DNA of 64,000 nucleotides from Planctomycetota bacterium (GCA_020845475.1 JADLFN010000046.1:12997-76996); one strand, 5' to 3'. Numbered from the stretch's first letter, positions 1-8,379 are shown. Numbers and translations: made by a program. The notes: a model not told the origin generated them from the sequence alone.

Positions 1-282
1 CTGCACCTTCTTGCCATCGGGCCCGGTTTGCGGCGTAACCAGTTGCATGCCCAGAATCTTCTCGGCGTGGGCGCGCACTTCCTGCGCATTCTTGGCCAGC
101 TTCACGCCGCCGCCCTTGCCGCGCCCGCCCGCATGAATCTGCGCCTTGACCACGCACAAGTTGCCGCCGAAATCCTTGGCAATCTGCACGGCTTCATCCA
201 CCGTGTAAGCGACTTTGCCATTGAGCAGCGGCACGCCGTAATTGCGCAGAATGTCCTTGGCCTGGTGTTCGTGGATTTTCAT
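1..282 (-). CDS. sucC: succinate--CoA ligase beta subunit, N-terminal 94 codons (gene runs off the window start)
   Basis: Reverse-strand ATG at 282-280. Hand translation [64 protein letters not shown]... is the canonical SucC ATP-grasp N-terminus. The + ORF 28..297 is its antisense shadow. Confidence 0.9.
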   Translation of the reverse strand, partial: MKIHEHQAKDILRNYGVPLLNGKVAYTVDEAVQIAKDFGGNLCVVKAQIHAGGRGKGGGVKLAKNAQEVRAHAEKILGMQLVTPQTGPDGKKVQ

Positions 283-357
283 GGCTCGGTCCCGTAAAGG
301 CGCGGCATTGTGGTTAGGCCGCGCCCGTTTCGCAAGGCTTTGAACACGCGGCAACGG

Positions 358-461
358 CAATGACCAATAACCAATGTTCAATGAGCAATGACAAGTGATC
401 AGCGCTACTCAAGATTCATTCAATTGAGAATTGGTCATTGAACATTGGTTATTGGTCATTG
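358..461. repeat. perfect 27-bp inverted repeat (358-384 / 435-461) built from TGACCAA-type heptads, 50-nt loop
   Basis: caatgaccaataaccaatgttcaatga at 358-384 is the exact reverse complement of tcattgaacattggttattggtcattg at 435-461. The left side reads as heptads TGACCAA TAACCAA TGTTCAA TGAGCAA TGACAAG TGATCAG (361-402). It lies in the coaD-sucC spacer. Confidence 0.9.
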
Positions 462-469
462 GCGTTCAG

Positions 470-991
470 TCACTTCTTGCCTTTACTATGGCTGCCTACC
501 TGTGCGTGCAGTTCTTTGCGTTTGGTCTTGAGGGCCGCGAGAACGGCGGGCGGCACGAACCGGCCCACGTCGCCATCGAGTGCCGCGGCTTCGCGAATCA
601 ACCTTGACGATATGAAGCTCTCCTCGAGGCTGGCGCACACGAACACCGTTTCGATCTCGGGCGAGAAGGTGCGATTGGCCAGCGCCATCTGCACCTCGGC
701 CTCGAAATCAGAGAACGTTCGGATGCCGCGCAGAATCACGCGCGCACCCTGCTTTTTCACATAATCGACGACCATGCCCTCGAAAGTCTCCACTCGTACG
801 TTCTTGATGCCCTTCGTAACCGTGCGCAGCAACTCCAGCCGCTCCTCCAGGCTGAACAGCGGCTGCTTGGAGATATTCACCGCGCAAGCGACCACCAGTT
901 CGCCAAACAACTGCGCGCCACGCGAAATCACGTCGAGGTGGCCATTGGTCACCGGGTCAAAGGTGCCCGGGTAGATCGCGATATTGCGCAT
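470..991 (-). CDS. coaD: phosphopantetheine adenylyltransferase
   Basis: MRNIAIYPGTFDPVTNGHLDVISRG... (T/HxGH nucleotidyltransferase motif). Start moved from the ORF-track 1048 to the internal ATG at 991, where homology begins. Confidence 0.9.
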   Translation of the reverse strand: MRNIAIYPGTFDPVTNGHLDVISRGAQLFGELVVACAVNISKQPLFSLEERLELLRTVTKGIKNVRVETFEGMVVDYVKKQGARVILRGIRTFSDFEAEVQMALANRTFSPEIETVFVCASLEESFISSRLIREAAALDGDVGRFVPPAVLAALKTKRKELHAQVGSHSKGKK

Positions 992-1119
992 GAATGAAAC
1001 CCCTGTGAGGCCGTGAGAATAGCGCCGCAACACGCGCCGTGAAATCATCGGGTTTTGATTTGCATATTTGTTGTTTTAGGTTATCTTTGTATTTGTGTTG
1101 TTCTTTACAGGAGAGTGCC

Positions 1120-1494
1120 ATGGACAACCAACCCATCATTGACGCCTCGGTTCTGCGCGGCCTTGTTGAGATCGCCGGTGACCAGCCCCAGGCCCTGCTC
1201 GAAGAGCTTTTCACCCTGCTGCTGGAATCGGGGGAAGTGCAGGCGGCCACGATCCGCACCGCCGCGCCGGACGACTTCAACGCAATCACGCGCGCGGCGC
1301 ACACGCTCAAAGGCGCGGCCGGCAGCGTGGGCGCAACGCAAGTGGCCCGCATTGCCGGGCAGATTGAGTCACAGGCCAGGCTGCTTCAGTTGGGGCCTTG
1401 GCAGAACATGGCCGACGAACTGCAACACGCGCTGGCGCGCCTGCGTGACGCGGCCATCGCCCTGGGCTACTACGCGGCCGCAAAAGCGGTTTGA
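1120..1494 (+). CDS. stand-alone histidine phosphotransfer (HPt) domain protein
   Basis: AAHTLKGAAGSVGA phospho-His motif in a ~124-aa helical protein. ATG at 1120 is preceded by aggagag. The stop overlaps the next gene. Confidence 0.8.
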   Translation: MDNQPIIDASVLRGLVEIAGDQPQALLEELFTLLLESGEVQAATIRTAAPDDFNAITRAAHTLKGAAGSVGATQVARIAGQIESQARLLQLGPWQNMADELQHALARLRDAAIALGYYAAAKAV

Positions 1495-1505
1495 ACGGTG
1501 ATGCC

Positions 1506-2507
1506 ATGAGCCTCCTTGTCGTTGACGATTCGGCTGTCAACCGCCGCGTGCTCGAGGCCACTCTGCGCGTCGAGGGCTTTGCAGCTGTGCACAGCGCCGA
1601 CAGCGCCGAAGAGGCCTTCCGCATTCTTCGCCTCAACGAGCGCGTCAAGAACACCGACATTGAAATCGTGCTCATGGATGTGCTCATGCCCGGCATCGAT
1701 GGCTTTGAGGCGTGCCGCCGCATCAAACAGGCACCCGAATTCGCCGACCTGCCCGTCATCATCGTCACCGCCATGGCCGAGCGCGACAGCATCGAAGCCG
1801 CGTTTGAGGCCGGCGCCTCCGACTACATCTCGCGCCCGATCTCGCGCGTAGAGCTGCACGCGCGCCTCAAGCTGGCCCTGACCGTGCGCCGCGAAAAAGC
1901 CGAGCGCCAGGCGCGCGAAGCCGAACTGCTCGAAATGTCGCGCAAGCTCGAGGCCGCCAACCGCCAGTTGCTTGAACTTTCGCGCACCGATGCCCTCACC
2001 GGCGTGGCCAACCGCCGCAGCTTTGACGACACGCTCGAACTTGAGTGCCGCCGCTGCCGCCGCGCCACGCACAAGATCACCGGCCCCGAGCACCTCTCAT
2101 TACTCATGATCGACGTCGATCACTTCAAGGCCTACAACGACCTCTACGGCCACCCCGGCGGCGACCGCGTGCTTACGCGCGTGGCCGCGGCCATGAAAGC
2201 CGCGCTGCGCCGGCCCAGCGATTTCATCGCGCGCTACGGCGGCGAAGAGTTCGCCGTGATCCTGCCCGAAACCTCGCCCGAGGGTGCGCTCATGGTCGCC
2301 GAGCGCCTGCGCGAGGCCGTGGAGGAACTCGGCATCGCCCACGCCCAGAGCAGCGCCGGGCCCCACGTCACCGTCTCGATCGGCGCGGCTTCAAGCAACA
2401 TGCCCGAGGCCCTGGGGCTGATGCTCGCCGCGGACAACGCGCTTTACGAGGCCAAACACGCCGGCCGCAACCGCACGCACGGCGTAAGCTGCGAGAGCGT
2501 TGTATAA
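1506..2507 (+). CDS. response regulator receiver + GGDEF diguanylate cyclase (PleD/WspR-like)
   Basis: MSLLVVDDS...VLMDVLMPGIDG receiver motifs. GGDEF domain with RYGGEEFAV active site and LLMIDVDHFKAYND. An alternative TTG start at 1491 overlaps the HPt stop (TTGA). Confidence 0.9.
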   Translation: MSLLVVDDSAVNRRVLEATLRVEGFAAVHSADSAEEAFRILRLNERVKNTDIEIVLMDVLMPGIDGFEACRRIKQAPEFADLPVIIVTAMAERDSIEAAFEAGASDYISRPISRVELHARLKLALTVRREKAERQAREAELLEMSRKLEAANRQLLELSRTDALTGVANRRSFDDTLELECRRCRRATHKITGPEHLSLLMIDVDHFKAYNDLYGHPGGDRVLTRVAAAMKAALRRPSDFIARYGGEEFAVILPETSPEGALMVAERLREAVEELGIAHAQSSAGPHVTVSIGAASSNMPEALGLMLAADNALYEAKHAGRNRTHGVSCESVV

Positions 2508-2509
2508 AA

Positions 2510-3097
2510 TCACGCAGCGAGCGCGCCGTAGCGCGTTCGCAACGCGACCGGCTGGCGCGCAAGCACGGCCTGGATTGACTCTGAGTCATTCAACTCCAGC
2601 GCGGCTACGAACTCGCGGCGATCAGCCTCGCTCAATTGCGGCAGGAGCTCGCGCAGCAGTGCGTCATCGCGTTTGGCGGTTTGCGCGGGCAGGCCTTCCG
2701 TCAGGGCGTTGAGCAGCGTGCGCAGCTCGTCATCGTTGGCGGGCTCGGAGGCGTTGATGACCTCGTTGATCTCGAGCCGGGCCTGCATCATGATTTCTTC
2801 TTTGCGGTCGATGTAGCGCAGCATCAAGTTGACGTGCAGGCGCTGCTCGGGCACGGAAACGAGCGGGCGCTCGCCCTTTTCACGCCATGTCACTTTCGGG
2901 TTTTCACGCAGGCGGCGCGAGTCATCCTCGCGGCAGCGCTTGGCGCCGTCGAGGGTGTCATCGACGATGGCGATGAGTTTTTCCAGCGCGCGCCCGCCGC
3001 GCTGCAGGTAAAGCTTTTCGACCGCGCCCTGGATTATCTGCTTGCGCCGCACCGCACGCAGGAGGTCGCGGCCTTCACGAAGTTGCGAGTTGGACAT
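2510..3097 (-). CDS. hypothetical protein, 195 aa, charged and helical
   Basis: Long ORF with ordinary composition, convergent with the GGDEF gene. No motif recognised. Confidence 0.55.
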   Translation of the reverse strand: MSNSQLREGRDLLRAVRRKQIIQGAVEKLYLQRGGRALEKLIAIVDDTLDGAKRCREDDSRRLRENPKVTWREKGERPLVSVPEQRLHVNLMLRYIDRKEEIMMQARLEINEVINASEPANDDELRTLLNALTEGLPAQTAKRDDALLRELLPQLSEADRREFVAALELNDSESIQAVLARQPVALRTRYGALAA

Positions 3098-3150
3098 GAG
3101 AGTCTCCCAAAGGTTTCCGGAAGACTATCATGCGCTGCGACAGCGCTTGG

Positions 3151-3163
3151 GGGGACTGTCCCC
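3151..3163. repeat. solitary GGGGACTGTCCCC palindrome
   Basis: Exact 13-nt palindrome in the 3098-3735 spacer. The same unit occurs four times inside aroA (62175-62281). Confidence 0.85.
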
Positions 3164-3316
3164 GCCTCAACTGCCGAAATCGACGAAGCAATAGAAAGAA
3201 GAGACCGCCATCTCGATGGTGTTTCCGTTGCACGAAACCTCTGCGGCACGAGTAAAGACAGAGCCCATCGCGGCAGCAATTGTCACTACCCTCGTTTCGA
3301 GAATACCGATGTTGGT

Positions 3317-3547
3317 GGCCCTGAAAGGGCCAATCGCCAATAGCCGGGGGTGGCGCGAGCCGTTAGGCGAGCACAACCCCCGGTTCGCCAAGCCTGATTT
3401 TTCAAGCCCCGCAGGGGCGTTCGGAATTGGCGGCCAACCCGGTCGCCTTTTCAGGGCTCTAAATAGGATTGGGCGTGTTCCGGGGGTTCCTTCGTCGCTC
3501 ACGCGACTCAGTCACCCCCGCTATTGACGATTCGGCCTTTCAGGCCG
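3317..3547 (+). repeat. hairpin-dense ~235-bp repeat, copy A (second copy inverted at 26298-26535)
   Basis: Starts with the ggccctgaaagggcc hairpin, then aatagccgggggtgg..gcgagc..caacccccgg, gccccgcaggggc, cggtcgccttttcagggct, ..cacccccgctatt, and ends with cggcctttcaggccg. Aligns block by block with the reverse complement of 26298-26535. Confidence 0.8.
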
Positions 3548-3735
3548 AACAACCGTCTGTGCTCAGAAGGTGCGGGTAATGACAAGCGCGTAAGCGATGG
3601 GACCCCGCGCCCGGCGTCCAGCAACCACGCAAATGCGAGCGCTAACTGTTCCTGAACGCAAAGTCCAATCGCACACCCGATGGGCGCTGGTGTCCAACGT
3701 TTTTCGCGGGCGCGACTTATGCGCGCGGACGGATG

Positions 3736-4824
3736 TCACTGCCCATCTTTGAAGGCGGTGAGCGCAAGCGTCTGGCCGTCGCTCGTTTCAGCCTTGATCA
3801 AGAGGCCGGGGATATCCGTGGACATCCAGTAAGTGCGCTTGCCGTCGAACTGGACCCACTTGCGCACCTTCCATTTCTTGCCCGCGGCTTCGATTTCTGT
3901 TTCGGCGTCGTCGCTCAGTTTGCAGCGCGTGGGTTTGCCCAGAGACGGGTCCGTCAGGTCGAGCGTTTCTTCCTCGCTGCCGTCGGGTTTGACATTGCCC
4001 TCGTCGTTGAGCTGCTCGACGACGAGCGTGGCCTCGTTGTCCTTCACTTCCTTCACGGTGTAGCGAACACTGCGCGTGACGTCTTTGTCGCCGCGCTTTT
4101 CTGTGCCGCTGAAAGTCCACGAGCGGCCCGGCTTGCGATAAACGGCGTTGTAATCGGTGTCGTCTTTCTTGGGCGCGTCGGGGTTGACGTAAGCCGCGCA
4201 CTCGGCCTCTTGGAATGTGTAATTGAAGGGCTTGAGCTGGCCAATAATCTTCGCGGCAGGATCCTTCCAGTTTTCGGCAGGGTACTCCCATGCGTCCGCA
4301 AGCTCAGATTGCGTAAGGTAGTCAGCGGCGCCCTCCGACCACGCAACGAGCACACCCTTCTTGCCGTAGTTGTTCCAGTTGCGCGAATCAAAGGCGAACA
4401 CCACGGTGCGCTTGCTGCCCTTGAGGTTTAGCGCGGCGTTCAACATCTCGGCCTTGGGCGACGTGTATGAACAATGGCGTTGCTCTAGCTTGCCGTTCTC
4501 TTCATCGAGCCATTTGCCATCGGAGGGCGTGTCGCCCGGGATCGATGCGAGCGAGGCCAGCTTGCCGGCAAATTCGGCGTCCAGCACTTGTTGCTTCAGA
4601 CATTCGCTCCAGAACGCGCGGCCCGCGGCATCCTTCATCGCCCTGATCTTGTTCTTTTTCTGAACCTCGCTCATGGACAATTCGAGGGCACGCTTCAGCT
4701 CGCCCAGGTTCTTCTGATCAAACAGGCTCGACGAAGCAAACATCTGCGCCTTGGCGACGCCCGTTGAAACACCAACCAGGGCGATTGCCAGCGCGACCGT
4801 GAACAGGGCTTCTTTCCAGGACAT
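3736..4824 (-). CDS. secreted hypothetical protein (362 aa), member of the recurrent C-terminal beta-module family
   Basis: Start at ATG 4824 after aaggag. Signal peptide MSWKEALFTVALAIALVGVSTGVAKAQ. C-terminus ...IEAAGKKWKVRKWVQFDGKRTYWMSTDIPGLLIKAE..LALTAF resembles the tails of 53789..54757, 54847..56190 and 56303..56866. Confidence 0.75.
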   Translation of the reverse strand: MSWKEALFTVALAIALVGVSTGVAKAQMFASSSLFDQKNLGELKRALELSMSEVQKKNKIRAMKDAAGRAFWSECLKQQVLDAEFAGKLASLASIPGDTPSDGKWLDEENGKLEQRHCSYTSPKAEMLNAALNLKGSKRTVVFAFDSRNWNNYGKKGVLVAWSEGAADYLTQSELADAWEYPAENWKDPAAKIIGQLKPFNYTFQEAECAAYVNPDAPKKDDTDYNAVYRKPGRSWTFSGTEKRGDKDVTRSVRYTVKEVKDNEATLVVEQLNDEGNVKPDGSEEETLDLTDPSLGKPTRCKLSDDAETEIEAAGKKWKVRKWVQFDGKRTYWMSTDIPGLLIKAETSDGQTLALTAFKDGQ

Positions 4825-4911
4825 GAGACGCTCCTTTTCGCCAAGTCTATTGCTTGGGCGTGGTCTGACTCGCCTTCCCAACCTCATTGCATCAGCGGCA
4901 GGATGCCGCAG

Positions 4912-4967
4912 CTACTTCACTGCTTCTCTCAGTGCCGTGATGAACTGTTGCCAGCCGGCCATATAGC
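4912..4967 (-). pseudogene. orphan remnant of the last ~17 codons plus stop of an SRPBCC/AHSA1-type gene
   Basis: Reverse strand reads ..YMAGWQQFITALREAVK*, against GYLAGWQQFIAALKEAVKK* at the true end of the 921-aa gene. 48/53 nt identical between 4915-4967 and 5619-5671. An in-frame TGA lies just upstream of the remnant. Confidence 0.8.
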
Positions 4968-5014
4968 TCGCGTCTCAAACACGGTCGGATGTCCCTCGCA
5001 CGAACGTCCCTTTG

Positions 5015-5617
5015 TTAGCCACGACGTACATTTTTCGGCGGCCTCAAAGACTGCCACACTTTGAACGCGACGCTCAGCGTCGCTGGCTTGTCTGCGTATC
5101 CTTGCAAGTGGCAATAAGACTTGGGGCCGACCGAAAACGCATAGAGGCAGTACTGGACGCCTTTGCCGTTTCTTTCGCGCTGGTAGTAGGCATAGCGCCA
5201 CCCCCATCGCGTAGCTTCTACGATATCTCCGTAGCCGCGCCGATCTTTGGCGCGATATTCCGATATCAACCAACCGAGCGCGTCTTCCGGCGAGCCCAAC
5301 GGTAGGTTTCGCTCGCTCCAGTAGCCCAAGGTCAGGCCCTTTCGCCCGAAGCAGACTTCAGGCCAGCCCTCGTCGTTCATGTACTTGAACTGCACCGGAA
5401 GAAAAAGCTTCCAGCCGTCGCGGAGTTTCAGGTGACCTTGAATGGTCTCGACCGGCCAATTGCGCTTTCCTCTTTTCACGGCGGCCTTGCCTTCCGGAGT
5501 CTTCGTCCACGCAAAGAAAGCTGTCAACGCCCGTAGCTGCTCGCCTCCAGGCGGAGCGTGCAGGCGAAGGAGCTCTTTTGGGTATCCTTTTGGTCCATTT
5601 CGTCTGTATGTGCTCAC
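5015..5617 (-). CDS. hypothetical protein, 200 aa, Trp/Tyr/Gly-rich
   Basis: GTG start overlaps the TGA of the upstream gene (GTGA). Normal coding composition, no recognised motif. Flanked by the direct repeats described above. Confidence 0.6.
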   Translation of the reverse strand: MSTYRRNGPKGYPKELLRLHAPPGGEQLRALTAFFAWTKTPEGKAAVKRGKRNWPVETIQGHLKLRDGWKLFLPVQFKYMNDEGWPEVCFGRKGLTLGYWSERNLPLGSPEDALGWLISEYRAKDRRGYGDIVEATRWGWRYAYYQRERNGKGVQYCLYAFSVGPKSYCHLQGYADKPATLSVAFKVWQSLRPPKNVRRG

Positions 5618-8379
5618 TTCTTCACTGCTTCTTTCAGCGCCGCGATGAACTGTTGCCAGCCGGCCAAGTAGCCTGCGCGGTCTTCCTGGCCCTTTTCATC
5701 TGTGGCGTTGGGGCCGTGGCGAATCACCAGCCGCGCTCCTTTTTCGGTTTTCTCGAAGGTGCAGTGCACCTCCAGCGTGGGCGCTTCTTTGGGTGTTTCG
5801 TTCCAGCGCCAGGTGAACACGAACTTCTTGCCCTCTTCGAACTCTTTGACCGTGCCTTCCAGAATCCAGTTCTGCTGCTTCCAGATCGCGCGGTATTTGC
5901 CCCCCACCTTCATTTCAATCTCGGCCTCGGGCGGCCACCACTTTGTTAGCAGCTCGGGCTTGGTGAAGTAGTCGTAGAGCTTTTCGGGCGTGGCGCCTTC
6001 GAACTCGGCCTCAAGTTCGAGCCATTCCTTGGTGCTCGCGTTGGTCTCTTTCATCGCGGGCTCGGGCTTTTTGAACAGGTGCTTCGTTGATTGCATCGAG
6101 AGCACCTGCACCAGGTTGCCCCAGTTCACGCGCACGATTTCGCGCGCGTTTGAAACCCAGAGCGTGAGCTTGCGCTTTTCATCGTTGGGCTTGGTCACGT
6201 CCACGCGCCAGCACGCAAGCTCTTTGCCGTCCCAGGTGATCGTGTCCTTGTGCATTTCGAACTTCATCTCGCCTTTGTCAGCAAAGGCGTTTGCTTCGTC
6301 GAGTTCGCGCCGCGTCCAGGTTTCGCCCTCGGCCAGCGGCATCGTGGCCGCGAGCATGAAGCCCATGTAGGGCAGGGCGTCGTCGGGCGTCGCGATTTCA
6401 AAGGGCTGCTGCTTGCCGTCTTTGGTGCGAGTGCCGCGCACTTTGCCTTCGCTGCGCTCTCCCTCGCACACCAGCTTGCCGCCGGCGCTGTAGCTTGAGC
6501 GCACAAAGCCGCGCTGTTTGTCCACGGCCAGCGCGCGTTCCTCTTCGTAGCTGCCGCCGGTGTGGGCGAGCTTCATTTCCCATTCGATGTTCTGGCCATC
6601 GTCGTGGGTTTTCACCACCATCCGCGCGTAGCCCTGCGCTTTGCCTTTGTCGTCTTCCATGCGGTACCAGAACTCGCCCTGGCGCATCGGGCCTGCTTCC
6701 GGTTTGGGCTCGGGCACGTCGGCGGCGCGCTCGAGTGTGACTTCGAACTTGTAGGCTTTCTCGGCATCGACCTTGAACGCGATCTGTTGCGAGCGCCAGG
6801 GGAACTGCGAGGGCGTCCATTGGTCGGGGGCGGGATGGTTGTTGGCGTTGGCGAAGAAGCGCAGCTTGAAGGTGGCGCCCTTGAGCGTGAGCGGAATCAG
6901 CGCCAGGCCCTTTTCGCGCAGCACGCGGTTCACAAACGGATCAGGGAAAAACGGGCCGCGCCGGCCGCCTTCGGGCAGTTCAAGTTCCACCTCGCACATG
7001 GCGGTGTTGCACATGCTGCCGTCGGGGTATCTCACGCTGCCCACGGCAAAGGGCAGGGCGTAATCCATGGTGATTTTCTGGCGCTTTTCGGCGCTCACTT
7101 TCACCTTGCCAAGCAGCACCGTGCCCCGCTCGATGTAAACGCTGTAATCGCCGGCCGCAAGCCCGACAAAGCGCGCGATGCCGTGTTCATCCGTGATCGC
7201 GCGCAGTTCAAAGGCTGCGCGCAGGTGCGTGATTTCGGGGTCGTCCAGCCGGTTTGCCTGGATCAGCACATCGGTGCCGAGCACGGGCAGCTTCATTTCG
7301 GCTGTCTGCACGCCCAGCTCAAGCCAGATGTCGTCTTGCCCGAACAGCGACCATTCCACGGGCTTGCCCTTGAGCGCGGCATGGCTCAAGCCGCGCTGCA
7401 CGTGCATGACGCCCTCGGTCTGGCGTGGGCGGATGATGGCGGCGAATTCGCCGGCGTCGATGTTGACCAGGCGAAAGCGGAACTGGCCCGCGGGCAGAAC
7501 GGGATCGCCCTCGACGGCTTCGTCGTCGCGGAATTCGCCGTCGGATGTCACGTTGTTGAGCTGGCGCAAGAAAGCGTTCGTATAGAAATCAATGCGGCTG
7601 ACCACGGGCTTGCCGTCGCGCGCGTCAATGACGCGGCCGGTGATCTGCGGGCCGGGGGCGATGCTGAAGTCCTTGATCGTATCCGCGAACAGATCGACGC
7701 GTTGCACAATGCCGCTGCAATAAACCCAGCGGCCGTCGGTGCGGTCCGTCCATACGGCCCAGAGGCGATAAAAGCCCGCGGGCGTTTTGAACTCGTAATT
7801 GCCATCGGCGTCGCAGCGCGTGGGAAGGGGTTCGTCAAACACACGCATGGAGCCGTCCTGTCGCACGTCCAGCGGTGCCAGGAACACGGCGCAGCCGTTG
7901 TCAACGGCTTTGCCGCCGGCGGCAAGCTTGATGGCGCCCTTGAGCGTCACATTGACGTTGGGCCGGACCTTGAGATCCCAATTCTCGGCTTGCGCGAATT
8001 TCATGGAGGCAATCGCGACGTTGGACCAGGAATCCGGGATCACGAAATCGCCATAGGCGAACACGCGAAGCTGCGCGACCTTTTTGCCCAGCTCAATGCG
8101 GTAGCGGGCGTTGGCATCGCTGTCGAGGTCTTTGCTTTCGCTGGCGCCGTCCTCCAGTTTCGCAAGCACGAGCAGCCGGAAGTTTTTCAGGGGCTGCTCG
8201 GTGCCCAGCGTGCTCACGCTGCCTTCCACAACGCGCAGGCCCGCTTCGCCTTCATCGGCGAACTTGACGCTCGAAGGTGCTGCCTTGCGCGCGGTCTTGG
8301 GTTGTTCCACCGGCGCCTGCGCGCAAAGCGGGGCCAAGAGAATGAAGGCAGCAACGGCGAAGAATAGGCGGATAAGCAT
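5614..8379 (-). CDS. secreted 921-aa multidomain protein: beta-sandwich repeats + recurrent beta-module + C-terminal SRPBCC (AHSA1-like) domain
   Basis: Signal peptide MLIRLFFAVAAFILLAPLCAQAP. N-terminal half resembles carboxypeptidase-regulatory-like beta-sandwich repeats (GRVIDARDGKPV, DYSVYIERG). The last ~140 aa, PEKLYDYFTKPELLTKWWPPEAEIEMKVGGKYRAIW...LVIRHGP...AGWQQF, is typical of Aha1/SRPBCC. Confidence 0.8.
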   Translation of the reverse strand: MLIRLFFAVAAFILLAPLCAQAPVEQPKTARKAAPSSVKFADEGEAGLRVVEGSVSTLGTEQPLKNFRLLVLAKLEDGASESKDLDSDANARYRIELGKKVAQLRVFAYGDFVIPDSWSNVAIASMKFAQAENWDLKVRPNVNVTLKGAIKLAAGGKAVDNGCAVFLAPLDVRQDGSMRVFDEPLPTRCDADGNYEFKTPAGFYRLWAVWTDRTDGRWVYCSGIVQRVDLFADTIKDFSIAPGPQITGRVIDARDGKPVVSRIDFYTNAFLRQLNNVTSDGEFRDDEAVEGDPVLPAGQFRFRLVNIDAGEFAAIIRPRQTEGVMHVQRGLSHAALKGKPVEWSLFGQDDIWLELGVQTAEMKLPVLGTDVLIQANRLDDPEITHLRAAFELRAITDEHGIARFVGLAAGDYSVYIERGTVLLGKVKVSAEKRQKITMDYALPFAVGSVRYPDGSMCNTAMCEVELELPEGGRRGPFFPDPFVNRVLREKGLALIPLTLKGATFKLRFFANANNHPAPDQWTPSQFPWRSQQIAFKVDAEKAYKFEVTLERAADVPEPKPEAGPMRQGEFWYRMEDDKGKAQGYARMVVKTHDDGQNIEWEMKLAHTGGSYEEERALAVDKQRGFVRSSYSAGGKLVCEGERSEGKVRGTRTKDGKQQPFEIATPDDALPYMGFMLAATMPLAEGETWTRRELDEANAFADKGEMKFEMHKDTITWDGKELACWRVDVTKPNDEKRKLTLWVSNAREIVRVNWGNLVQVLSMQSTKHLFKKPEPAMKETNASTKEWLELEAEFEGATPEKLYDYFTKPELLTKWWPPEAEIEMKVGGKYRAIWKQQNWILEGTVKEFEEGKKFVFTWRWNETPKEAPTLEVHCTFEKTEKGARLVIRHGPNATDEKGQEDRAGYLAGWQQFIAALKEAVKK

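Noticed and set aside
358-461. Interpreting the 27-bp inverted repeat as the terminal inverted repeats of an IS element or MITE
   Set aside because: Only 50 nt lie between the arms, there is no transposase, and no target-site duplication is visible. It is treated as a hairpin or heptad repeat instead.
2510-3097. Possible phage terminase small subunit or prophage remnant
   Set aside because: This rested only on a vague impression from its charged helical composition. No phage genes, integrase or att-like repeats lie nearby, so the gene is left as hypothetical.
4929-5273. 114-aa minus-strand ORF overlapping the 200-aa ORF and the orphan remnant
   Set aside because: It is Arg-rich and lies out of frame over a better ORF. 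Its 3' part merely crosses the direct repeat.
6562-8367. 601-aa + strand ORF, and similar long ORFs at 22710..24926 (+), 31723..33549 (+), 16166..17611 (-), 28226..29476 (+), 29504..30721 (+), 48199..49248 (+) and 58922..60040 (-)
   Set aside because: All lie antisense to genes with clear family motifs or good coding composition. Their translations are Ala/Arg/Gly/His/Leu-rich with no motifs. This is the usual antisense open-frame artefact of GC-rich DNA.
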